DNA of 37,970 nt from Chloroflexota bacterium (GTDB taxonomy: Bacteria > Chloroflexota > Limnocylindria > QHBO01): contig JAGXHP010000144.1 of NCBI GenBank assembly GCA_024636135.1, positions 1 through 37,970 of the forward strand. Direction: 5' to 3'. A model generated the notes under the pieces. The model made no database searches and had not been told where the DNA came from. It saw only the letters and a list, made by a program, of their open reading frames with translations. This document shows, piece after piece, positions 11,112-21,346 of the stretch (position 1 is the stretch's first letter; each line of letters opens with the position of its first letter). The translations under genes and the position numbers were made by a program.

Positions 11112-11318
11112 TCAGCGCTGTGAGCGCTCCAGGCGCTTCGTGAACCGCTCCACCTGGCCGGCGGTGTCGACGATGTTCTGCGTGCCCGTGTAGAACGGGT
11201 GGCACTTGTTGCAGACCTCGACGCGGATCGACTCGGCGGTCGAGCCCACGGTGAAGGCGTTGCCGCAGACGCAGTGCACGTTCGCCTGGTGGAACTGGGG
11301 ATGAACTTCGGTCTTCAT
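11112..11318 (-). CDS. rpmE: 50S ribosomal protein L31 (zinc-binding type)
   Basis: MKTEVHP...CVCGN...VEVCNKCHPFYTG...DTAGQVERF. Confidence 0.97.
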   Translation of the reverse strand: MKTEVHPQFHQANVHCVCGNAFTVGSTAESIRVEVCNKCHPFYTGTQNIVDTAGQVERFTKRLERSQR

Positions 11319-11344
11319 GATGACTGGGTGCTCCGTGCCCGCCG

Positions 11345-11614
11345 TCAGGCGGACTGATACTCGCCGGCTTCGATGCTTACGCGCTTGCGATGTCGGGTTT
11401 CGTGGCTGAAGCGAACGTGGCCATCGGCGGTCGCAAAGAGCGTGTAGTCCCGACCCATCCCGACGTTCGTGCCGGGGTGGAAGGTGCTGCCGCGCTGGCG
11501 GACGATGATCGTGCCCGACAGGACGTACTGCCCGTCGCCGCGCTTGACGCCGAGTCGCTTGCCGGCGCTGTCGCGGCCGTTCCTGCTGGACGAGCCGGCC
11601 TTCTTGTGTGCCAT
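11345..11614 (-). CDS. rpmA: 50S ribosomal protein L27
   Basis: [42 protein letters not shown]. Confidence 0.98.
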   Translation of the reverse strand: MAHKKAGSSSRNGRDSAGKRLGVKRGDGQYVLSGTIIVRQRGSTFHPGTNVGMGRDYTLFATADGHVRFSHETRHRKRVSIEAGEYQSA

Positions 11615-11617
11615 CGG

Positions 11618-12199
11618 TTACTCCTTCGACTCGGCCTTCTTGGCGGGACTGCGGCGCTTCGCGGCCGGCTTGGGGGCATCCCCCTCATCGGCGGTCTTGC
11701 GGGCGCGCGACGGCTTGGCAGCCGCTGCCGGTGTTGCTTCCTTGGTCGACGCGACCTTCTTCGAAGCGGCCTTCTTCGGAGCGGCGGCGGCCTTCGGACC
11801 ATCCGCCTTCTTCGTCGTGGCCTTCGCGTTGGCCTTCGTCTCCGGCGCGGTGGCGTCGGACTTCTCGGCCTTCGCCGTGCGCTTGCCGTCAGCGTTGATC
11901 TCGTCGATCCGCACCCGAACGAGGTGCTGCCGGTGCCCGCGCGTGCGCCGGTACGTGGCCTTCTGCTTGAATTTGAAGATGATCAGCTTCGGTCCCAATG
12001 CCTCACCGAGAACCGTGCCGCTCACGGTTGCGCCCTGCACGGTCGGCGTGCCGACCGTGACGGCCTCGCCATCACCGACCAGCAGGACGCGATCGAAGGT
12101 CACCGACCCACCAGGATCCGCCGCCAGCCGCTCCATCACGAGCTCGCTGCCGGCCTCCACGCGGTACTGCTTCCCGCCAGACGTCACGACGGCGTACAT
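11618..12199 (-). CDS. rplU: 50S ribosomal protein L21 with a Lys/Ala-rich C-terminal extension
   Basis: MYAVVTSGGKQYRV, FKFKQKATYRRTRGHRQ, then about 90 aa of low-complexity K/A/P/T. Confidence 0.97.
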   Translation of the reverse strand: MYAVVTSGGKQYRVEAGSELVMERLAADPGGSVTFDRVLLVGDGEAVTVGTPTVQGATVSGTVLGEALGPKLIIFKFKQKATYRRTRGHRQHLVRVRIDEINADGKRTAKAEKSDATAPETKANAKATTKKADGPKAAAAPKKAASKKVASTKEATPAAAAKPSRARKTADEGDAPKPAAKRRSPAKKAESKE

Positions 12200-12293
12200 G
12201 TTTGTGCTCTCCTGGGATGTCGTGGGCGTCGCGCGGACGCTATTGAAGCGCCTCGGCGCACACCGAAACGGGCCGAGTGCTCAGCCCGCGGGA
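12200..12293 (-). promoter_or_regulatory. Structured rplU 5' UTR (candidate L21-leader-like RNA)
   Basis: Hairpin CGGGCUGA-GCAC-UCGGCCCG (12269-12288) plus further pairing potential, between the promoter and the GGAGAG SD. Confidence 0.4.
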
Positions 12294-12299
12294 CGGCAA

Positions 12300-12328
12300 A
12301 TTCTACCGGGCGATCGGGGGAGTGTCAA
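12300..12328 (-). promoter_or_regulatory. Near-consensus sigma70 promoter of rplU-rpmA-rpmE
   Basis: TTGACA (12323-12328), 17 nt, TAGAAT (12300-12305) on the minus strand, inside the 3' end of the upstream gene. Confidence 0.85.
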
Positions 12329-13019
12329 CGAACAGGAGTCGAGTGCGGACGGCCTTGCGGACATGCAGGGCAAGGTCGAGGGCCTGGACCACGTCCTCGG
12401 GCCGACCGGCTCCGCTCGCATCGAGCTGGAGCACCGTGCGGAGGCGGGCGGTGCGTGCCGCCTCGTCGACCTCCAGCACCTCGACATCTTCGATCAGCGG
12501 GCGCAGATCACGGTCGCCCGCGTCGCTGCGCCGTTCGCTCTCGCCGCGACGTCGCTTGCCACTGAGCACGTCCGCCGCGAGCAGACGCACCACGGACCCG
12601 CGCAGGGCATCCGACGTCAGCTCGTCCCGGCTGGCGACCTCGATCTCGTACTCGGCCCCCCGGAGCTGTGACGAGGCCGAGGGGAATCCGTGCCACACCT
12701 CCTTCGCATCCTTCATCGCGATCCCCTCGGGAAAGTGCTCCGCGGCGGCGTGAATCTGGTCCGCCGGGACGAGGTCGTCGAAGTACGCCTCAACGACCTC
12801 GCCGCGGAGCTCGAGGCCGATCGGCAGGTTCGCCGCCAGCTTGATGCGCGGCTTCGGCTTCAGGGCGCCGGTGTACGAGAGCGGGAGGTTGACCTCGTGG
12901 AAGGCGCGTTCCAGCTCGCTGACGAGGTCGGCCTGCCGCATGCGCAGAGCTGGTTCGGAGCGGCTGAAGAGGATCTGCCAGCGCTGGCGGGGCGCGGCGT
13001 CGGGTGATCTGGTGGTCAT
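12303..13019 (-). CDS. TIGR03936/DUF2344 radical SAM-associated protein
   Basis: QRWQILFSR...LERAF...LPLSYTGALKPKPRIKLAANLPIGLE matches the family pattern; C-terminal RPEDV...RTRL; typical rodA-rplU position. Confidence 0.8.
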   Translation of the reverse strand: MTTRSPDAAPRQRWQILFSRSEPALRMRQADLVSELERAFHEVNLPLSYTGALKPKPRIKLAANLPIGLELRGEVVEAYFDDLVPADQIHAAAEHFPEGIAMKDAKEVWHGFPSASSQLRGAEYEIEVASRDELTSDALRGSVVRLLAADVLSGKRRRGESERRSDAGDRDLRPLIEDVEVLEVDEAARTARLRTVLQLDASGAGRPEDVVQALDLALHVRKAVRTRLLFVDTPPIAR

Positions 13020-13098
13020 GGCCGCCGATCGTACCCGCGATCGGCCGCCGGGGCCAGCGGCGGCGCAGACCTCCGAGGCGCCCGCCTGACGTAGGCGA

Positions 13099-14235
13099 TC
13101 ACAGGGTGGGCTTGTTGGCGCGCATGCGGATCGACTGGAGGATCCCCATCCCGAACAGGAGACTGATGAGGCTCGACCCGCCGTAGGTGACGAACGGCAG
13201 CGGGATCCCGGTCACCGGCATCACGCCGATGACCATGCCGATGTTCACCAGCACCTGGAACAGGATCATGCTGGCCAGGCCCGCCGCGATCATCATCCCG
13301 AAGGCGTCGCGCGCCTGCCACCCGATGAGCAGGATGCGCCAGATCAGCAGCCCGAACAGGGTCAGGACGACCACGCCGCCCACGAAGCCGAGATCCTCGG
13401 CGACCACGGTGAAGATGAAGTCGGTCGACTGGACGGGGATGTAGCCGCGCTGGCCCTCCCCGCCGACCGTGAGCCCGCGCCCAAGCCATCCGCCGGAGCC
13501 GACGGCATTGAGTGCCTGCACCAGCTGGAAGCACGCCCCCTGCGGGTCGGCCGACGGGTCCAGGAAGCAGAACAGCCGCTGGCGCTGGTAGTCGTGCAGC
13601 ATGCCGATGACGATCGGCGCCGCACCGATCACGCCGGCGGCGAACAGGCCCATCCAGCCAAGGCTCGCTCCGCTCATGAACAGCATGCCGATGAGGATGC
13701 CGATGAAGACGAGGGCCGTCCCCAGGTCCGGCTGGCGGAAGACGAGGAAAGCCGGGATGGCCATGAGAAGCGCGGCGACCAGGATCGTCGACAGTCGCCC
13801 GATGCGCTCCACCCGCCCGGCCAGGAATGCAGCGAGCACGGCGATCATGAGCACCTTGCTCACCTCGCTCAACTGGAAGTCGAGCCCGGCCACCGTGACC
13901 GACATCTGCGCCCCGAACAGGTTGGTGCCGATGAGCATGGTCAGCGCCAGGAGGCCCAGCACCGCGACGTAGATCGGACCGGCCAGCGTGCGCAGCCAGT
14001 GGTAGTCGACGCTGGCCACGACGAAGAACAGGGTCAGGCCGATGGCGGCCCAGATCATCGTCTTGACGGTCTCGGTCATCCCGCTGCCTGCCGCGCCGTC
14101 ATTGAAGCGGGCCGAGAACCCCATGACGACGCCGAAGCCGATGAGCAGGCTCACGTACAGGAGGAGCTGGAGGTCGAAATGGCGCCAGTCCCGGGCCCGG
14201 AACGAGTCGACGAATGTGGCAGTTGCGGCGCCCAT
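13099..14235 (-). CDS. rodA: Rod shape-determining SEDS glycosyltransferase RodA
   Basis: FQLSEVSK, QPDLGTA, YQRQR, GSGGWLGRG, TDFIFTVVAE, MPVTGIPLPFVTYGGSS; ATG 14235 in a TGATG overlap with mrdA. Confidence 0.95.
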   Translation of the reverse strand: MGAATATFVDSFRARDWRHFDLQLLLYVSLLIGFGVVMGFSARFNDGAAGSGMTETVKTMIWAAIGLTLFFVVASVDYHWLRTLAGPIYVAVLGLLALTMLIGTNLFGAQMSVTVAGLDFQLSEVSKVLMIAVLAAFLAGRVERIGRLSTILVAALLMAIPAFLVFRQPDLGTALVFIGILIGMLFMSGASLGWMGLFAAGVIGAAPIVIGMLHDYQRQRLFCFLDPSADPQGACFQLVQALNAVGSGGWLGRGLTVGGEGQRGYIPVQSTDFIFTVVAEDLGFVGGVVVLTLFGLLIWRILLIGWQARDAFGMMIAAGLASMILFQVLVNIGMVIGVMPVTGIPLPFVTYGGSSLISLLFGMGILQSIRMRANKPTL

Positions 14236-16148
14236 CAGTTCGCCGTCACGAGGCTGAAGTCGTTGGGATCGAGCCGCAGGTCCTCGTCGAGCTCGTAGTA
14301 GAGCTGGAGGAAGTACTTGACGACCTCCGCGGAGACATTGCCGGGGACAACGGCCGAATAGTTGAAGGTGACGATGGCAAGATCGGCGTCGGTCGCCCCC
14401 GCCGTGCTCGGCAGATACGCGACGAACCAGGAATGGAAGGGCAGCGTGCCCTCCTCGGTCAGCTCTCCGAACTCTGCCGTTCCGGTCTTGCCCGACAGCG
14501 CTCCGGGGAGGTCGAGGTCGCGGATGTTGTAGGCATGTCCGGAGGTGATCACCTCGCGGGCGCCGATGCGCATCGTCTGCAACGTCTGCTCGGAGGCGCC
14601 CACCCGGTCCAGCACCTCGGGCTCGTAGGCGCGCGTCAGCGTGCCGTGCTCGTCGGTCTCCCCACGCACGATCATCGGCCGCATGAGGTTGCCGCCGTTC
14701 GCGACGGCCGCGTACGCATTGAGAACCTGGAGCGGCGTCACCGCGATGACGTTCTGGCCGATTCCGGCCTGGGCCAGCTCGCCGGTGAACACACCTGAGC
14801 GGCCCTGCTGCCGCGCCCACTCGGTGCTTGCGATGATCCCGGGCTCCTCGCCGGGAAGGTCGATCTCCGACAGGCGCCCGAAGCCGAGCTCGTTCGCCCA
14901 GTCGGCAAGCGGATCGATCCCGGTTTCCACCGCCATCTGGTAGAAGAAGGTGTCCGAGCTCTTGGCGAATGCATCGACCATGTCGAGCGGCCCGAAGCCC
15001 TGCCGGTTCCAGTCGTACAGGCACTCGCCCTCGGGAGCGCCGGGAATCTGGTAGCAGCCGTAGGTCGGCCATTGTCGCGAGGGCGTGGTCACTCCCTCCT
15101 CCATGGCGGCGATACCCGTCACCAGCTTGTAGGTCGAACCCGGCGGGTAGATGTCGCTGATCGCGTGGTTGCGCAGCGGCCGGTCGGGATCGGCCAGGTA
15201 GACGTTGAAGTCGTCGGTGCTGATGCTGGAGGCGAACTTGTTGTTGTCGTAGGCGGGAAGGGAGGCCATCGCCAGGATCTCGCCGGTCTGCGGGTTCATG
15301 ACCACCGTCACGCCCTGGCTGACGCCCGCCACGTCCATGCCCCAGGTGAGCGCCTGCGTCGCCAGTCGCTGGATCCTCGCGTCGATGGTGAGCATCAGAT
15401 TCCTGCCCGGAACCGGCTCCCGGATGGTGCGGATCACCTTGAGCTGACGCCCCGAGGCATCGCGCTCGACCAGGCGAGCGCCGTATCGACCGCGGAGCTC
15501 CTCCTCGAAGGAGGCTTCGACCCCGGCACGCCCGATCACGTCGTCGGGAAGATAGCCGCGATCGGAGAGACTCTCGAGCTCGGCGCGGTTGATCGGGCCG
15601 GTGTACCCCACGACATGCGACAGGAGCGGCCCGTTCGCCTCTCCGGCGTCGTCCAGGTAGCGCCGGATGGGATCAACGGCCACGACCACGCCGGGCAGGC
15701 TGACCGCCTCCTCGCCGATGATGAGCGCAGCCTCTCGGCTGACGCCTCGCGCGACGGGCACGAGGTCGAACGGAGAGCCGACGTAGGCCGACAGACGGGC
15801 ACGCACGCTGAGCCGATCGACGCCGACGAGCTCGGCGATGCGGTTGAGGACGCGGTGACGTTCCGACTCCGGCAGGTCGGCCGGACGCACCTGGATGGTC
15901 CACGACGGGACGCTGACGGCGATCGGCCGGCCCGCACGGTCGAACAGCAGGCCGCGCGGTGCCGGCAGGGGAACTTCGACGGTGCGATCGGCCGCCGCGC
16001 GGCCCGCATACACGTCGCCGTTCACCACCTGGAGCTGGAAGAGGCGGCCCCCGAGGGCGACGAAGATGAACGCGGCGACGACCGCGAATGCCACGAATCG
16101 GGCTCGGGACCGGTGGAGATCGACGCGGCCGTCGTTGAGATCAGCCAT
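14235..16148 (-). CDS. mrdA: Penicillin-binding protein 2 (class B)
   Basis: N-terminal membrane helix, APRGLLFDR, HVVGYTG, PPGSTYK (SxxK), SSD (SxD), KTGTAE. Confidence 0.95.
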   Translation of the reverse strand: MADLNDGRVDLHRSRARFVAFAVVAAFIFVALGGRLFQLQVVNGDVYAGRAAADRTVEVPLPAPRGLLFDRAGRPIAVSVPSWTIQVRPADLPESERHRVLNRIAELVGVDRLSVRARLSAYVGSPFDLVPVARGVSREAALIIGEEAVSLPGVVVAVDPIRRYLDDAGEANGPLLSHVVGYTGPINRAELESLSDRGYLPDDVIGRAGVEASFEEELRGRYGARLVERDASGRQLKVIRTIREPVPGRNLMLTIDARIQRLATQALTWGMDVAGVSQGVTVVMNPQTGEILAMASLPAYDNNKFASSISTDDFNVYLADPDRPLRNHAISDIYPPGSTYKLVTGIAAMEEGVTTPSRQWPTYGCYQIPGAPEGECLYDWNRQGFGPLDMVDAFAKSSDTFFYQMAVETGIDPLADWANELGFGRLSEIDLPGEEPGIIASTEWARQQGRSGVFTGELAQAGIGQNVIAVTPLQVLNAYAAVANGGNLMRPMIVRGETDEHGTLTRAYEPEVLDRVGASEQTLQTMRIGAREVITSGHAYNIRDLDLPGALSGKTGTAEFGELTEEGTLPFHSWFVAYLPSTAGATDADLAIVTFNYSAVVPGNVSAEVVKYFLQLYYELDEDLRLDPNDFSLVTAN

Positions 16149-16154
16149 GGCGTG

Positions 16155-16652
16155 TCACCAGGCCGGCGCTTCCTCCGGCGCATACCGCTGGACCAGGGCG
16201 CGTGCCGGGACGATGAGCAGGGCGACGATTGCGGCGTTCAGCGTGGCGGAGCGTGCCAACAGATCGATCGGCGGGGCCGCGGGGATGGCGTCGGTCACCA
16301 GCTGCGAGATGACCAGCGAACCCAGGTCGGCGACGAGCGAGCCGACGAACGCTGCGGCGACCGGGTAGATCCAGACGAGTGACCCAAAGGCCTTCGCACC
16401 TCCGGCCACCAGGACCGCGACCAGGAGCAGGACGAGCGGCACCGATCCCAGGGGCTCGCCCACGAGGAGGTTCGCCATCAACCCCGCGACGAAGGCCCAG
16501 ATCACCCCGGGCACGAAGCCGAGCAGGGCCGTCACGATGACCACGGCGACGAGGACGAGGCTCGGCTTCACGCCGGCGATCACGATCACGGGGGCGACGG
16601 CGGCGTGCACGATCCCCACGATGACGGCCAGGAGCGGGCTGAGATACCTGAT
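16155..16652 (-). CDS. mreD: Rod shape-determining protein MreD
   Basis: Hydrophobic, GVKPSLVLV...WAFVAGLMANL...PLG pattern, directly upstream of mrdA; start placed at ATC 16652 (SD GGAGAG), first GTG is 16619. Confidence 0.85.
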   Translation of the reverse strand: MRYLSPLLAVIVGIVHAAVAPVIVIAGVKPSLVLVAVVIVTALLGFVPGVIWAFVAGLMANLLVGEPLGSVPLVLLLVAVLVAGGAKAFGSLVWIYPVAAAFVGSLVADLGSLVISQLVTDAIPAAPPIDLLARSATLNAAIVALLIVPARALVQRYAPEEAPAW

Positions 16653-16700
16653 CGGAAGCTCTCCGGATGGTCGCGGCTGCGGTGGTCGACGTCGAGCCCA

Positions 16701-16706
16701 AGTATA
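16701..16706 (-). promoter_or_regulatory. Putative -10 (TATACT) for mreD-mrdA-rodA
   Basis: TATACT about 50 nt upstream of the mreD start. Confidence 0.6.
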
Positions 16707-16734
16707 CGGCGCAGGGCAGGTGAGGATCGCCGAC

Positions 16735-16743
16735 TGTGGATAA
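16735..16743 (-). promoter_or_regulatory. Consensus DnaA box TTATCCACA
   Basis: TGTGGATAA on the plus strand, 9/9 match, intergenic. Confidence 0.8.
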
Positions 16744-16744
16744 A

Positions 16745-16760
16745 TGCTTCACGTGAAACA
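16745..16760. promoter_or_regulatory. parS: parS site 1
   Basis: TGCTTCACGTGAAACA, 15/16 match to TGTTTCACGTGAAACA, upstream of parAB. Confidence 0.9.
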
Positions 16761-16788
16761 ACGTGCGGGCGGTGCGCCGCAAGGCGAA

Positions 16789-16804
16789 CGGTTCACGTGA
16801 AACT
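16789..16804. promoter_or_regulatory. parS: parS site 2
   Basis: CGGTTCACGTGAAACT, core TTCACGTGAAAC intact; just before the TAGAAT -10 (16807-16812) of parA. Confidence 0.75.
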
Positions 16805-16846
16805 GGTAGAATTGAGGCTCACATCTGAACTCGCAGCGGAGCACTC

Positions 16847-17600
16847 GTGGTCCGGGTCACGGCCTGTACGAACCAGAAGGGCGGCGTCGGCAAGACGACA
16901 ACGGTCATCAACCTCGCGGCCTTCCTCGCGCTCTCCGGCACACGAACGCTCGTCATCGATCTCGACCCCCAGGGGAACGCGACCAGCGGCCTCGGGGTGG
17001 ACCGTCGGTCGGTCGACGGCTCCTCCTACAACGCGCTCGTGGATCGGCTCCCGATCTCCGAGCTGGTGGTGGAGACCGCCATCGACGGCCTGGATCTCGT
17101 CCCGTCGGCACCCGCGCTGTCGGGGGCTGAGGTCGAGCTCGTGGGGGCAACGGCGCGGGAGCGTCGGCTGAGTGCCAGCCTGGCTGAGCTGAACGGAAGC
17201 TACGAGCGCGTGCTCATCGATTGCCCTCCGTCTCTCGGCCTGCTGACCCTCAACGCTCTCACGGCAGCCGATGGCGTGCTGATCCCGATCCAAACCGAGT
17301 ACTACGCCCTGGAGGGCCTGAGCCAGCTGGTGAACACCATTCGACGCGTCCGGGAAGGCCTGAATCCACGCCTCGAGATCGAGGGCGTGCTGCTGACCAT
17401 GTATGACGCGCGCACCAACCTTTCGGCACAGGTCGCCACCGAGGTGCGGCGCCACATGAACGGGTCGGTGTATCAGACGGTCGTCCCACGCAACGTCCGC
17501 CTGTCCGAGGCGCCCAGCCACGGACTGCCGATTGCCCTGTACGACCCGGCGTCCCGGGGCGCCGATGCCTACCGGGACCTCGCGGGAGAAGTGGTGGCCC

Positions 17601-17608
<8 letters not shown>
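16847..17608 (+). CDS. parA: Chromosome partitioning ATPase ParA/Soj
   Basis: NQKGGVGKTTT deviant Walker A, DLDPQGNATSGLG, IDCPPSLG, EYYALEG, PRNVRLSEAPSHG. Confidence 0.97.
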
Positions 17609-20506
<2,898 letters not shown>

Positions 20507-20523
20507 AAGGCAGCCAGGGACCG

Positions 20524-20778
20524 ATGCCATCACGACACGCGGCCGACATTCGGCAGGTCGCCAATAAGACCGGGCGCACGCTGGACGAGTGGTGCGAACT
20601 GCTCGAGGCCAACGGGGTGGGGGATCGCCGCGAGGCGGTCAACATGCTCCGCGACTCCTACGCGGTCAGCCATGCCTTCGCGCTGGCCATCGCGGACCAG
20701 TGCCTCCGCCGCTCCGATGATGACGACGAGTGGGGAAGCGCCCAATACGACGAAGAGGAAGGCTCGGACCGCTGGTAA
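20524..20778 (+). CDS. Small protein, DUF4287-like, with acidic tail
   Basis: KTGRTLDEW...LRDSYAVSHAFALAI resembles the DUF4287 pattern; fills the gyrB-thioesterase gap. Confidence 0.6.
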   Translation: MPSRHAADIRQVANKTGRTLDEWCELLEANGVGDRREAVNMLRDSYAVSHAFALAIADQCLRRSDDDDEWGSAQYDEEEGSDRW

Positions 20779-20780
20779 CC

Positions 20781-21293
20781 ATGGAAGACACGGGACGCAG
20801 CATCGGTGACAGCCGCTCGATCGTGGCGGATGACGGCCGGCGCTACGCGTTCGCGGACCACAACTGCTTCGCCTGCGGCGGCGAGAACCCGATCGGCATG
20901 CGGCTGCACATCGAGCTGGGCGAGGGGTCGGCGCGCGCCGCGTGGACGGCGGGCGACGACTACGTCGGCTGGAGCGACAAGGTCCACGGCGGGATCATCG
21001 CCACCCTCCTCGACGAGGTGATGGCCTGGGCTCCGTCAAGCTACGACTCGTGGGCCGTGACCGCCGAGATGTCGGTTCGCTACCGATCGCCGGCAATGCC
21101 CGGCGAGGAGCTGCAGGCCAGCGGCCGGGTCACGGAGCGACGGCGGCGCATCTACGAGGTGACCGGTGAGGTGCGCGGCGCCGACGGACGCCTGATCGCC
21201 GAGGGGCGTGGACGCTACCTTGGCGCGTCGCCGGCGCAGAAGGCGGAGCTCAAGGAGCGATATGGCGTGGCGCCGGGAGTGGGCGCCGAATGA
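20781..21293 (+). CDS. PaaI-family hotdog-fold thioesterase
   Basis: HNCFACGGENPIGMRL, HGGIIATLLDE, VTAEMSVRYRSP. Confidence 0.88.
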   Translation: MEDTGRSIGDSRSIVADDGRRYAFADHNCFACGGENPIGMRLHIELGEGSARAAWTAGDDYVGWSDKVHGGIIATLLDEVMAWAPSSYDSWAVTAEMSVRYRSPAMPGEELQASGRVTERRRRIYEVTGEVRGADGRLIAEGRGRYLGASPAQKAELKERYGVAPGVGAE

Positions 21294-21346
21294 CGACATA
21301 TGCGACACGGCATGGACCATCCAGGCCGGATGAGAGGGACTAGCTG

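Noticed and set aside
14236-15072. N-terminal extension of the 657-aa ORF containing rodA (also the extended starts for tsaC, prfA, DUF1385, parB, secA, ftsE)
   Set aside because: The extensions overlap upstream genes or promoters and read as Arg/Gly/Pro-rich nonsense; family-consistent starts lie downstream.
16650-16846. Possible oriC
   Set aside because: Only one clear DnaA box, no AT-rich unwinding element and no dnaA/dnaN in the window; treated as an origin-proximal regulatory site.
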